The position numbers were made by a program, and so were the translations under genes. A DNA stretch of 64,000 nucleotides from Candidatus Entotheonellaceae bacterium (GTDB taxonomy: Bacteria > Tectomicrobia > Entotheonellia > Entotheonellales > Entotheonellaceae): positions 2,048,001 through 2,112,000 of the forward strand of contig OZ250173.1 of the NCBI GenBank assembly GCA_965238075.1, written 5' to 3'. The notes beneath the pieces were generated by a model, which searched no databases, was not told where the DNA came from, and was given only the letters and a program-made list of their open reading frames with translations. Shown piece after piece: positions 1-9,447 of this stretch; the stretch's first letter is position 1, and every line of letters starts with the position of its first letter.

Positions 1-456
1 GAGGCGAACGTGTGGGGCCAGTTCACGTACTCCTGCGAGATTGAGTATCTGATCGGTGGAGAAGGGCTAGATAATGCCGGCATTCACCTGAACGCTTTTC
101 TCGGTCACATACTTGTTTTCCTGGAGCACGCTCGAACGATCTATCACAAGATCGGCTATAACGGATCATTGCTTCTCCGCACGCTTCTAAAGCGAGTCCA
201 AGGAAAGCATTTCCTACATTTTCCTTATGGTAACTCTCCAGTGCCTGGTCCTGCCTCTCGAATTGACGATGTGATCTCGTTCGACATTTCCAGTTCTGCT
301 GTGAGATTGAATGAACAAAGGGATGAGGTGGCTGGCGACCTGCTGAAAACGCTATTTTTCTCCTTAAACTGGCCGGAGAAAGGTGCCGACTCCTCCGCTA
401 ACACGGAGTTGCTGGATGCCGCCGCGGACTACAATTTATGGCGCCAAAGGTCGTGA
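1..456 (+). CDS. C-terminal part of a hypothetical accessory protein (5' end probably outside the window)
   Basis: Open frame ending in TGA at 454-456; lower GC than neighbours; no diagnostic motif. Confidence 0.5.
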   Translation, partial: EANVWGQFTYSCEIEYLIGGEGLDNAGIHLNAFLGHILVFLEHARTIYHKIGYNGSLLLRTLLKRVQGKHFLHFPYGNSPVPGPASRIDDVISFDISSSAVRLNEQRDEVAGDLLKTLFFSLNWPEKGADSSANTELLDAAADYNLWRQRS

Positions 457-525
457 GCCTTGGCGACTGTGCCACCAATGGGGCAAAGCACCCCTTCCCC
501 CCAGCTAAGCGGCGCATAGGGGAAT

Positions 526-555
526 GTCGGATTACGCTGCGCTAATCCGACCTAC
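526..555 (-). repeat. GTAG-type REP element, copy 1
   Basis: Minus strand reads GTAGGTCGGATTAGCGCAGCGTAATCCGAC: GTAG plus an imperfect palindrome. Related copies at 37543-37572 and 47990-48019. Confidence 0.85.
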
Positions 556-1304
556 AGGGCAACGATGTCGGCGTAGGTGACGTAGGTCGGAGAGGAACTT
601 TTCGAGTGAATGCCGTCGTCGTCCCTGACGGGGGCGACCTCTCGCTGGACGACTTGCCCCGGCTGGGCCTGGATGGGCGAGGTGAACATGGGGCCGTCGA
701 TGACGCAGGTGTGGAACTCGCCGTTTTCGCCCAGGGGGTCGATGCCGTCGGGCAGGTCGGCGAGGAACTGGCGGTCGAACCATCGGCCCACCATGCCGCT
801 CGGCAGCCGTGAGTCGCCGGCAGTAATGATGGCGCGCAGGCCGGTGGCGATCATCGTCTTCGCGAGCTGGGCGGTGCCGTTTCCCCAGACCGGGAACAAC
901 GGGGTGAAGCCGGTGCCGCTGAGCTTGTCTTCCCGGTAGCGCCGGATGTCTTCCAGGAACAAGTCGCCGAAGGCGAGATGCGACGCCGTCTGGTGTTCCG
1001 GCAACGCCTGGACCCGGTCCAGAAACGCTTGCATGGCGGCTTCATACTGCGCGTTGGTGCACGGCGACGGGATCGGTATCTCGTAGAGCGGCAGGCCGAG
1101 CCGTTCGGACTGCAGCTTCAGGACCCACCGGGGCGTGGAGTGGATGGAGATGCGGTCAAAGGTCGTGGTGACGGTGGTGAAGATGCCGCGCACGTCGTAG
1201 CGCTCGGGCTGCTGCCGGAGCGTATGCAGCGCCCAGGCGGAGTCTTTGCCGGAAGACCAGGAGACCATGACGGGTACGGGGGTGGTTGGGTTGGCCGTGT
1301 TCAT
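552..1304 (-). CDS. Dph6/DUF71-like ATP pyrophosphatase (adenine nucleotide alpha hydrolase family)
   Basis: PP-loop SWSSGKDS, FGDLFLEDIRRYRE, DPLGENGEFHT; start overlaps the upstream gene stop (ATGA). Confidence 0.85.
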   Translation of the reverse strand: MNTANPTTPVPVMVSWSSGKDSAWALHTLRQQPERYDVRGIFTTVTTTFDRISIHSTPRWVLKLQSERLGLPLYEIPIPSPCTNAQYEAAMQAFLDRVQALPEHQTASHLAFGDLFLEDIRRYREDKLSGTGFTPLFPVWGNGTAQLAKTMIATGLRAIITAGDSRLPSGMVGRWFDRQFLADLPDGIDPLGENGEFHTCVIDGPMFTSPIQAQPGQVVQREVAPVRDDDGIHSKSSSPTYVTYADIVAL

Positions 1305-1921
1305 TTCGTCCCTTCGGATTGACCCGTCACCGCGGCGATCAGGTCCAGAAGGTTGGTGATCTGATAGTTGGGGATGGTGACGACCTCGTCGTGCCCGGCG
1401 GCCTGGACGTAGCGGCTGAAGGTGTCCGGCGCGACGTCGCCGATGGTGTACTGGGCAAGCGGCTGCTCGCTCTTTGATCCGTACACCAGGATGATCATGT
1501 CCGGGCTGGCAATGCCGTAGGCTTCGGCGTCTCTGCCCAGCACGAAATCGCGCTCGATGCGGGTGCGGCCGAAGGCGGCCAGGGCGAGGTCAATGCGTTG
1601 CGTGAAGGCGGCGTCGGCTTGATGCTCGTGGTTTTCTGCGGGTTCGGGGCCTTGGTTGTGGCTGTGATAAAACCAGGCGCCGTTGGCGTCGCGTTCAAAG
1701 CGGTGCAGGGTGCCGGCGTGGCCGATCTCGACAGCCGCCAACTGCGCCAGCAGCGCAGGCAGCAGCATGCGTATCTCGTGTGCTTCTTGCCCTTGGCGTT
1801 CGTCCTCGGGAGCCATCAGATCGGTGCGCTCAATGAGGATGACCGCCCCCACCAGCACCACAAACACCAGCCAAACAACGATCAGGCGGGAACGCCTGCC
1901 AGCGTTCATCGCTGCTTCCAC
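1301..1921 (-). CDS. DUF4340-like membrane-anchored accessory protein of a Gld-type ABC system
   Basis: N-terminal TM helix; YGI..P motif; typical position after a GldG-like gene. Confidence 0.65.
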   Translation of the reverse strand: MEAAMNAGRRSRLIVVWLVFVVLVGAVILIERTDLMAPEDERQGQEAHEIRMLLPALLAQLAAVEIGHAGTLHRFERDANGAWFYHSHNQGPEPAENHEHQADAAFTQRIDLALAAFGRTRIERDFVLGRDAEAYGIASPDMIILVYGSKSEQPLAQYTIGDVAPDTFSRYVQAAGHDEVVTIPNYQITNLLDLIAAVTGQSEGTK

Positions 1922-3549
1922 CAGACCGCGATACCGACCACGGCCAGGATGCCGGGGATGAGCACGATAGTCAGGAAGAGGGTGCCCTTCATCTGCCGAT
2001 TGGTGAGGTTGACGCGCGGCAGGTCAAACGTGCGGGGTTCGATGCCGATGAGGTTCTCCTGGGCCGCCAGGTAGCTCACCGTGTTAACGAACAGGGTACC
2101 GTTGCCCAGGATGTGGAAAAAGGAATTGGTAGCAAAGTCCGAGTCGCCCACGACCGCGATGCGCGACCGTCCGGTGGATGCGGGCGCCGTCTCCTCGTCC
2201 TCAGGCGGCAGGGCCGGTATGGGCGGCATGTCGTCCTGCGGCCCGAGTCGAATGGCCTGGGCGCTGCCGGGAGTGACCGGCCGCCGGCTGACGATGGCCA
2301 TGAGCGTATTCGGCCCCGCCTGATCGCCTTCGTCCAGCCCGACACGGTCGGGCGTCGTCTCGCCGTAGCTGTTGGTGGACGAGTTGACGATCGGCGTTAT
2401 GCTGGTGCCCGGCATCCGCTCGGGGGTTGGCGACAACGAACGCGCGCCGGGATAAAACGTCAGCGGCAATTCGCGGGTTACCTGGTGATGGTTGTAACTG
2501 GTGACCGCGGGCGACGACACGTCGGCCCAGAAATGCCTGGCCTCGTCGATGACGATGTTGTCGTCCAGCATCACGCCAAGCTCGCGCAGCACCGGCTCCA
2601 GACCGCTTTGCACGAAGGGGTCGAGCATGAAAAAGGCGTTGCCGTTGGCGGTCAGAAAATCTCCTATCGTCGTCACCTCGGTTTCCAGCAACGGCACCTT
2701 TGGCCCTGACACGACCAGCACTGCACAGTCGGCGAGCGCCCCGGTGCCGCGCAACAGGGACACCTTCTCCACCTTGTAATTCAGGGCTTCCAGGGCATGC
2801 CGCGCCTTGGCCATGCCGTGGCGTTCATGCACCATGGTTCTGCCGCCCAAACCGTGCGCGTGCCCGGCGTCGCCTTCCATATGATCGTGCGATTCGGTGC
2901 TGAAGGGGTCTGCCTCGCCATGGCCGTCGAGGAAACAGACGCGCTGATTGGCGCCTTGCGAGATGCGCAGGATGCCGTTGGCGATGTCCACCTCCTCGCC
3001 GCCGTGCACCTGCATGATGCGGTCGTCGCTTTCCAGGACAGCGGTGCCGGCGAATTGCACGCTCCGCATTCGGGCCTGTGCCGGGTTGATCATCGGGTCG
3101 TAGAAGTCCACCGTCACCAGCGGCGTTTGCGCGGCGATCAGTTCGTACAACTCGACCGTTGCGCGCAGCAGGGGGTCGTGGAAGAATACGATGTGCACCG
3201 GCTTTTCGAGCCGCTTCAGCATGGCTACGGTCTGCTTGGACAGCGAGTGTAGACCCGCGTCGGTGAGATCGAAACGCAGGGGATAGAGGACGGAAAGGTA
3301 CGCCACAACCAGCAGCACGCCCACCATGCCCAGGGCGTACAGCGCAATCTCCGTACGGCGGCGGTGCAGCAGGGCGCCGATGTCGCGGCGTAGCGCCACC
3401 AGGCCCCACACCATCAGCACGGCGCCGACGATGGCGGGCACCGTGGTCCACACCGACGGCTCCAGCAGAATCGCGTGAACCGCCAGCGCAGCCGCCAGCA
3501 GCGCGATCCCCAGCAACAGAATCAGGCCCGAAATGAAGGAACGTTCCAT
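1906..3549 (-). CDS. GldG-like ABC transporter auxiliary (extracytoplasmic) component
   Basis: 3 N-terminal TMs, FDLT..GLHSLS, FLDGHGE, VVGDSDF..N, C-terminal TM ending WWKQR. Confidence 0.85.
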   Translation of the reverse strand: MERSFISGLILLLGIALLAAALAVHAILLEPSVWTTVPAIVGAVLMVWGLVALRRDIGALLHRRRTEIALYALGMVGVLLVVAYLSVLYPLRFDLTDAGLHSLSKQTVAMLKRLEKPVHIVFFHDPLLRATVELYELIAAQTPLVTVDFYDPMINPAQARMRSVQFAGTAVLESDDRIMQVHGGEEVDIANGILRISQGANQRVCFLDGHGEADPFSTESHDHMEGDAGHAHGLGGRTMVHERHGMAKARHALEALNYKVEKVSLLRGTGALADCAVLVVSGPKVPLLETEVTTIGDFLTANGNAFFMLDPFVQSGLEPVLRELGVMLDDNIVIDEARHFWADVSSPAVTSYNHHQVTRELPLTFYPGARSLSPTPERMPGTSITPIVNSSTNSYGETTPDRVGLDEGDQAGPNTLMAIVSRRPVTPGSAQAIRLGPQDDMPPIPALPPEDEETAPASTGRSRIAVVGDSDFATNSFFHILGNGTLFVNTVSYLAAQENLIGIEPRTFDLPRVNLTNRQMKGTLFLTIVLIPGILAVVGIAVWWKQR

Positions 3550-3550
3550 G

Positions 3551-4258
3551 TCAACGCTGCCACTGCAGATAACTGGCGTTGAGGATCAGGGCGATGACGC
3601 AAACGACCAGGTAGAAGATCACCGACTCGGTGCGCACCAAGCCCTGCACGAATTCCTCGAAATGACGTGAAAACGAGAGGTAGCCCAAGAGACCTCGCCA
3701 CGCATAGGACGTCTGGAAGCGCTGGGCGTTGCCGATGAACCAGAAGGCCAGCAGCACCGCTACGGTGACGAGGGCCGCCACGATCTGGTTTTGCGTCAGG
3801 GCGGAGAACAGTTGGCCGATCGCCAGGCAGGTCATGCCCAGCAGCATGAAACCGATGTAGCCGGACAGGATCGTCATGCCCTCGGGGTTGCCGAACAGGT
3901 ACAGCGGCACCACATCAACCAGCGTGCCGGCCGTCATGAGCAGCAGGATGGTGACGGCGCCCGCGAACTTGCCCAGCACGATCTGCGAAGGCCGCAGCGG
4001 CAGGGTGGTCAGCAGTTCCATGGTGCCGGCGTTGTACTCACTGGCGAACAGCCGCATGGAGACGACGGGAAGGACCAGGAGCAGCAGGATAGCCATATTC
4101 TGGAAGGTCTCGGTCATCCTGGCATTGCCGGTGAGGAAGATGCTGTAGGTGAAGAAGTAGCCGGTGCCGACCAGGAACACCGCCATCACGAAGTAGGCAA
4201 TCGGCGAACGGAAATAGATCCGCAGTTCCTTTTGATACACGGCCAGGGCGCCGTTCAT
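3551..4258 (-). CDS. GldF-like ABC-2 permease
   Basis: KELRIYFRSPIAY, MRLFASE...GTMELL.TLP, TQNQIVA; about six TM segments. Confidence 0.9.
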   Translation of the reverse strand: MNGALAVYQKELRIYFRSPIAYFVMAVFLVGTGYFFTYSIFLTGNARMTETFQNMAILLLLVLPVVSMRLFASEYNAGTMELLTTLPLRPSQIVLGKFAGAVTILLLMTAGTLVDVVPLYLFGNPEGMTILSGYIGFMLLGMTCLAIGQLFSALTQNQIVAALVTVAVLLAFWFIGNAQRFQTSYAWRGLLGYLSFSRHFEEFVQGLVRTESVIFYLVVCVIALILNASYLQWQR

Positions 4259-4294
4259 GCCGTCATCCCTCGCTGACGCTCGTGCTGATTCATC

Positions 4295-5269
4295 TTATAC
4301 GCTCGAGTCGCTGTCGCTCGCTCGCTGTGGCGACGGCGTCTCGCTCACATACTGCAGGAAGATGTTTTCCAGCGTCGGCTCCTGCCGCCCGAGGCCGTGC
4401 AACGGCCAGCGCGGCACAACAGCACGAGCAATCGCCGCCTCTACGCCATCGCGCGCCTCGATCTGGCATTCGACCCGCAGTCTGTCACCGGTGTCGCCAA
4501 TGGTCTCCACCTGCACGGTTCGCACGCCGTCTACGGACAACAATTCCTGCCGCACCTCGTCGGCCGGCGCCGTCACCTCCAGGCTCACGCGGTTCGTCTG
4601 CTCGAGTGCTCGCTGCAGACTGCTTGGCGAGTCGATGGCCAGCAGCCGCCCGTTATTGATGATGGCCACGCGCCTGCAGATCATGGTGACTTCCGAGAGG
4701 ATATGGGTGCTGAACAGCACCGCGTGCTCGGCGCCAAAGGAACGAATGATGTCGCGCGCTTCGTGCAACTGGCCCGGATCCAGGCCGATGGTCGGCTCGT
4801 CCAGCAGCAGCACCTGCGGTTTGCCGAGCAGGGCCTGTGCGAGCCCCACGCGCTGCCGGTAGCCCTTGGACAGCTTGTAGATTTCGCGCCGCGCCACGTC
4901 TCCCAGGTGACAGGCGGTGACGACGCGGTCGAACTCCGCAGCCACCTCCGAACGTGCCACGCCCTTGGCTTTGGCGACAAAGCGCAAATAGGCGGTCACG
5001 TCCAGGGTGTCGTAAAGCGGCGGGTGTTCCGGCAGGTAGCCGATAAGGGAGGCGGCCGCGTCGTTCTGGGTGGCCATGTCGTAGCCGGCCACGCTGACGC
5101 GCCCGGAGCTGGCCGTGATGAAACCGGCGATCATGCGCAGGGTGGTGGTTTTGCCCGAACCGTTAGGACCGAGGAATCCGACAATCTCGCCCTTTTCCAC
5201 CGAGAACGACAGGTCGTGGATGACGGTTTGGGAACCGTAGCGTTTGGAGACGGATTCGAGGGTAATCAT
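4295..5269 (-). CDS. GldA-like ABC transporter ATP-binding protein
   Basis: Walker A GPNGSGKT, signature LSKGYRQR, Walker B LLLDEPT. Confidence 0.95.
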   Translation of the reverse strand: MITLESVSKRYGSQTVIHDLSFSVEKGEIVGFLGPNGSGKTTTLRMIAGFITASSGRVSVAGYDMATQNDAAASLIGYLPEHPPLYDTLDVTAYLRFVAKAKGVARSEVAAEFDRVVTACHLGDVARREIYKLSKGYRQRVGLAQALLGKPQVLLLDEPTIGLDPGQLHEARDIIRSFGAEHAVLFSTHILSEVTMICRRVAIINNGRLLAIDSPSSLQRALEQTNRVSLEVTAPADEVRQELLSVDGVRTVQVETIGDTGDRLRVECQIEARDGVEAAIARAVVPRWPLHGLGRQEPTLENIFLQYVSETPSPQRASDSDSSV

Positions 5270-5302
5270 ACCGCCCGGCGTTCATGTTAGAGGTCAATCG
5301 AA

Positions 5303-5331
5303 GAAGGCCCCTTCCGCGCGGAGGGGCCTTC
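5303..5331 (-). terminator. GC-rich hairpin between lactonase and ABC genes (probable leaky terminator)
   Basis: GAAGGCCCCTTCCG-CG-CGGAGGGGCCTTC with only a weak U tract on the minus strand. Confidence 0.6.
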
Positions 5332-5342
5332 CGGTCACAGGG

Positions 5343-6215
5343 CTATTGATACCACTTTTCGCCCATCACCTCGTACTGTTCCATGCTGTGGCCCAACCAG
5401 AGCTGGGCGTTCTCGATGTCACGAATCATCTTGATGCGGTTCACCGAATTCGTGTAGTCGAGGATGCTGTAATTGAGCCCGGCGGGGTGCCCCTCCAGGT
5501 TCTCCTTCACCCACACGGCGTCCTGGGTCAGGAGGACCGTGCCGGTGTCGGCCAGTTGCACCTTGACCGACTGGTGGCCGAGGGTGTGCCCCGGAGTGCT
5601 GATGACGACCATGCTGCCGTCGCCGAACAGGTCATAATCGCCGTCCAGCTCGAAGTAGTTGAAATCACGCGCGTCGTCATAGTCCGCTACGACGTGCGCC
5701 CCACCGCGCTGGAATTTCTCCGGCCACCACGCCTGATACAGTTCCTTCTTCTGGATCACGTGGATGGCATCCGGGAACATCTCGATGTTGCCGATGTGGT
5801 CCAGGTGCGAGTGCGAGGTGATGACGATCTTGACGTCGCTGGTCTTGAAGCCGACCTTTTCGAGTTGCTTGTCCATGACCTCCGCGCGCGTCTGGGACGG
5901 TTTCAGGAGATCGCAAAAGCCGGTGTTCCAGTGGCTACTGCAATTGCCGTCGGAGATGGCCACGTTGTTGCCGGTGTCAAACAGCACCAGGCCCCTCGGG
6001 TGATCGATAATCCACATGTTGATGGGGATCATGATATCCCGGTCCTGGTCTTTCGGATAGGTGGGCAGCAAAACGCTAATGGGCAGGGGGCCGAACAGGC
6101 CGCTGGAGGTCCAGAATATCTTGGTCGGGGCGTGCCCGTGACTCATGGCGGCGACCGAGGAGGCGCCGACACACACCATGACGAGTATTGCCACAGCGAC
6201 TCCGAGCTTCTTCAT
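5343..6215 (-). CDS. Secreted MBL-fold hydrolase, N-acyl homoserine lactonase (AiiA/AttM-like) family, copy 1
   Basis: HSHLDH metal motif, DLFGDG, TPGHTLGHQS, terminal LGH; N-terminal signal peptide. Confidence 0.85.
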   Translation of the reverse strand: MKKLGVAVAILVMVCVGASSVAAMSHGHAPTKIFWTSSGLFGPLPISVLLPTYPKDQDRDIMIPINMWIIDHPRGLVLFDTGNNVAISDGNCSSHWNTGFCDLLKPSQTRAEVMDKQLEKVGFKTSDVKIVITSHSHLDHIGNIEMFPDAIHVIQKKELYQAWWPEKFQRGGAHVVADYDDARDFNYFELDGDYDLFGDGSMVVISTPGHTLGHQSVKVQLADTGTVLLTQDAVWVKENLEGHPAGLNYSILDYTNSVNRIKMIRDIENAQLWLGHSMEQYEVMGEKWYQ

Positions 6216-6295
6216 ACGTCATCTCCTCCGATTGAGGGAAGGTCTGAACAAGTATCACAGCGGGAACGTTGCGTGCTGGAAGCCAGGCTTTGTTG

Positions 6296-6372
6296 GTCAT
6301 TCCCGCGAGAGCGGGAATCCACCGACTTTGGCCACCAACGAGCCTTCTGGACTCCCGCTTGCGCGGGAGTGA
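6296..6372. repeat. Paired palindromic repeat (GTCATTCCCGCG family), REP/MITE-like
   Basis: GTCATTCCCGCGAGAGCGGGAATCC ... GGACTCCCGCTTGCGCGGGAGTGA as an inverted pair; relative at 52428-52558. Confidence 0.8.
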
Positions 6373-6504
6373 TCGGGAGTTGCATTGCAAACCGTCAGAA
6401 TCTGCAAGCTTGAGCAGATTTTCCAAGGGGGTGAGAACCGGCAGCGGCCCCGCCCCCTTTCATGCGAGCCTTCCCCGACATCAGAAAGGCTCACGCGGCG
6501 CGGG

Positions 6505-7374
6505 CTACTGGTACCACTTCTCGCCCATCGCCTCGTACTGATTGATGCTGTGTCCCAGCCACAACTGCGCGTTCTCGATGTCGCGCATCATCTTCAGCCG
6601 GTTCACGGACTTGGTGTAGTCCAGGATGCTGTAGTTCAGGCCGGCGGGATAGCCTTCCAGGTTCTCTTCCATCCACACCGCATCCTGCGTCAGGATGACC
6701 GTGCCGGTGTCGGCCAGCTGCACCTTCACCGATTGATGGCCAAGGGTGTGGCCCGGGGTGCTGATGATGACCATGCTGCCATCGCCGAACAGGTCATAAT
6801 CGCCGTCCAGCGCGAAGTAGTTGAAATCACGCGCGTCATCATAGTCCGCCATGACGTGCGCCCCACCGCGCTGGAATTTCTCCGGCCACCACGCTTGATA
6901 CAGTTCCTTCTTCTGGATCACGTGGATGGCGTTCGGGAACATCTCGATGTTGCCGATGTGGTCCAGGTGCGAGTGGGAGGTGATGACGATCTTCACGTCT
7001 TCGACTTTGAAGCCGAGCTTTTCGAGCTGCTTGTCGATCACGTCCCCGCGCATCTGGGAGGGCTTCAGGAAATCGCAGAGCCCCTCGATCCAATGGCTCG
7101 TGCAGGAGCCGTCGGAAATGGCGATGTTGTTGCCGGTGTCATAGACGACCAGACCCTTCGGGTGGTCGATGACCCACATGTTGATAGGGATCAAGATGTC
7201 ACGGGCATCGGGGTAGGTCGGGATCAGACCCTGGATGTTGAAGGGACCGAACAGGCCGCTGGCCGTCCAGTAGACCTTGGGGCCGGAAGCGCCATGGCTC
7301 ATGGCGGCGGCCGTGGAGGCGCCGATCACACAGACCATGGCGAACAGCGCCATGGCGATCACAAACTTACGCAT
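6505..7374 (-). CDS. Secreted MBL-fold hydrolase, N-acyl homoserine lactonase family, copy 2
   Basis: Same motifs as copy 1 and long identical peptide stretches; signal peptide. Confidence 0.85.
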   Translation of the reverse strand: MRKFVIAMALFAMVCVIGASTAAAMSHGASGPKVYWTASGLFGPFNIQGLIPTYPDARDILIPINMWVIDHPKGLVVYDTGNNIAISDGSCTSHWIEGLCDFLKPSQMRGDVIDKQLEKLGFKVEDVKIVITSHSHLDHIGNIEMFPNAIHVIQKKELYQAWWPEKFQRGGAHVMADYDDARDFNYFALDGDYDLFGDGSMVIISTPGHTLGHQSVKVQLADTGTVILTQDAVWMEENLEGYPAGLNYSILDYTKSVNRLKMMRDIENAQLWLGHSINQYEAMGEKWYQ

Positions 7375-7472
7375 ACCAAATCTCCTTATAATGGAAAAAG
7401 CGACCCGGGGCGCAGATAGACTCCCGGACCGGAAATCCGCAGACGTTACAGCCTCATTTCACGCGGCGGCGT

Positions 7473-7502
7473 AACATAGCACGGGGGTTTCCGGCGTGTC
7501 AA
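7473..7502 (-). promoter_or_regulatory. sigma70-type promoter for the lactonase/ABC operon
   Basis: Minus strand TTGACA-18 nt-TATGTT with an extended -10 TG. Confidence 0.6.
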
Positions 7503-7530
7503 ACGCCAAAAAAGTGGCGTCAAATAAGGC

Positions 7531-8283
7531 TTACAATGCTGTTACGCCCCCGTCGATGACCATCTCGCTGCCGGTCATGAACGACGACTCGTCGGAGGCC
7601 AGAAACAGCACCCCGTAGGCGATTTCATCGGGGTCGGCGTATCTGCCGAGCGGGGTGCGGCGCTGCATGGCTTGCAGCCACTCCGGGTCGGACCAACCGC
7701 GTTCGGTCATCGGCGTTTTCACCGGGCCGGGATGGATGGAGTTGCAGCGGATGCCCTCGGCGGCGTGCTGCACCGCGGTGGACTTGGTGAGAATGCGCAC
7801 CGCGCCCTTGGAGGCGTTGTAGCCGGGGTGGATGTTGGTCTGCCCCACCATGCCGGATATCGACGAGATGTTGATGATGGAACCGCCGCCCGCCGCGCGC
7901 ATCGCCGGGATGACCGCCTTGGTGCCCAGAAACACCCCTTTGGCGTTGACCTCCATGATGCGGTCCCAATCCTCCACGGTGGCGTCGTCCCCGGCGTCCC
8001 AACTGGCGATGCCGGCGTTGTTGACCAGAATGTCCACCTTGCCGAAGCGCGACACCGCGGTGCCGACCGCCTCGCGCCAGGCGTCCTCGTCGGTCACGTC
8101 CAGCCGCACGTAAACAGCCTCGCCGCCCGCTGCCGCAATCTCAGCTTCAACCTGCCGGCCGTCGTCGTCCAGGATGTCGCCAAACACGACCTTGGCGCCT
8201 TCCCGCGTAAACATCCTCGCCTCTGCCGCCCCCTGCCCGCGAGCGCCCCCGGTAATAATCGCGACCTTGCCCTGTAAGCGCAT
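7531..8283 (-). CDS. SDR oxidoreductase (3-alpha,20-beta-HSD / glucose 1-dehydrogenase-like)
   Basis: TGGARGQG, NNAG, YNASK catalytic motif; RBS AAGGAG before MRLQGK. Confidence 0.9.
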   Translation of the reverse strand: MRLQGKVAIITGGARGQGAAEARMFTREGAKVVFGDILDDDGRQVEAEIAAAGGEAVYVRLDVTDEDAWREAVGTAVSRFGKVDILVNNAGIASWDAGDDATVEDWDRIMEVNAKGVFLGTKAVIPAMRAAGGGSIINISSISGMVGQTNIHPGYNASKGAVRILTKSTAVQHAAEGIRCNSIHPGPVKTPMTERGWSDPEWLQAMQRRTPLGRYADPDEIAYGVLFLASDESSFMTGSEMVIDGGVTAL

Positions 8284-8434
8284 TCGTCTGTCTCCTTGAA
8301 TCATAAAGTGGTGAGTGATCAGCGGTTCATCGCGGGGCGTAGTATCCCCGTTTGACAGGGCAATGCGCAACCGGCTCGTATCCTATGGCGCTGCGTACAG
8401 ATGGAACAGTACGTACTGCCGATCTGTAATGCGC

Positions 8435-8449
8435 TTGACTGAATGTCAA
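8435..8449. promoter_or_regulatory. Inverted repeat overlapping a putative -35 of the TA operon (candidate operator)
   Basis: TTGAC-tgaat-GTCAA 20 bp upstream of the toxin start; a perfect palindrome CAGTACGTACTG also lies at 8407-8418. Confidence 0.45.
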
Positions 8450-8469
8450 CTGTGGTTTACAAATGACGC

Positions 8470-8760
8470 ATGATCGAAGTGATCGAAAGCGCCACCTTCA
8501 ACCGGTGGATTCGCGACCTGCGCGATCGGGCCGCGGTGGCCCGCATCAATGCCCGCCTGCGAAACGTCTCGCTAGGGAACTTCGGCGACGTCAGGACAAT
8601 AGGCGGCGGCATATCCGAACTGCGTGTTCACCACGGGCCGGGGTATCGCCTCTATTTCATGCGAGAGGGCGAGACGGTCGTTCTGCTTTGCGGGGGCGAC
8701 AAGGACAGCCAGCAACGCGACATCGAACGCGCTAGGCGTGTGGCGACGGACTGGAGGTAG
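8470..8760 (+). CDS. Type II toxin, RelE/ParE superfamily (addiction module killer, HigB-like)
   Basis: GNFGD, GISELRVHHGPGYRLYF, LLCGGDKDSQQRDIERA. Confidence 0.9.
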   Translation: MIEVIESATFNRWIRDLRDRAAVARINARLRNVSLGNFGDVRTIGGGISELRVHHGPGYRLYFMREGETVVLLCGGDKDSQQRDIERARRVATDWR

Positions 8761-8762
8761 TT

Positions 8763-9050
8763 ATGCCTGAAACATTCACAAGATGGGACGCCGCGGAACA
8801 TCTGCGCACGAAGGAAGATGTGCGCCTTTACCTCGAAGCCTGTGCGAAGGAAGACCCGGGCGACGGGAGCCTGATCCGCGCTGCCCTGAACGACATCGCA
8901 CGGGCACAGAACATGACTCTGCTGGCCCGTGACATCGGGATGAGCCGGGAAGGACTTTATAAGGCGCTCTCCGAAAACGGCAACCCCAGCTTCGCCACGA
9001 TCATGCGGATCATGCGGGCGTTGGGCATGCAGCTGCGTATTACGGTGTAG
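8763..9050 (+). CDS. Addiction module antidote protein (HTH antitoxin)
   Basis: WDAAEHL, ALNDIARA, GMSREGLYKALSENGNPSFAT. Confidence 0.9.
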   Translation: MPETFTRWDAAEHLRTKEDVRLYLEACAKEDPGDGSLIRAALNDIARAQNMTLLARDIGMSREGLYKALSENGNPSFATIMRIMRALGMQLRITV

Positions 9051-9064
9051 GCGAGCACAAACAC

Positions 9065-9373
9065 ATGAGCGAAGAGAAAATCACGCGTATGTCGTTGGCG
9101 GAGGCGAATCGCCATAAGGGCAAAGGGCAAACCGACTGGGACCGGCTGCAGCGGGAGCAAGCCGATGGCGTGGAGCCGGAAGCGGACCCGGAGGAAGGCG
9201 AGGTCGACTGGTCGCAGGCCAGGGTCGTGATGCCGCCGTCCAAGTAGGCCCTCCCGGTGCGTATTGACAGGGATGTGCTTGAGTTCTTCAAGTCCCAGGG
9301 GCGCGGCTATCAGACGCGCATCAATGCGGTCCTGCGCAGCTATATGGAAACAGAGCGGGGGCGGACGGTGTAA
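9065..9373 (+). pseudogene. BrnA-family antitoxin with internal TAG
   Basis: TDWDRL N-terminus; after TAG at 9245-9247 the same frame reads ALPVRIDRDVLEFFKSQGRGYQTRINAVLRSY (BrnA signature) to TAA at 9371-9373. Confidence 0.85.
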
Positions 9374-9447
9374 AGGCAGATCACGGTGTGCCGAGGAACT
9401 CCTGGCGGAAGGCAGGGCGGATCGACTTCCAGATATGAGGAGATGGC

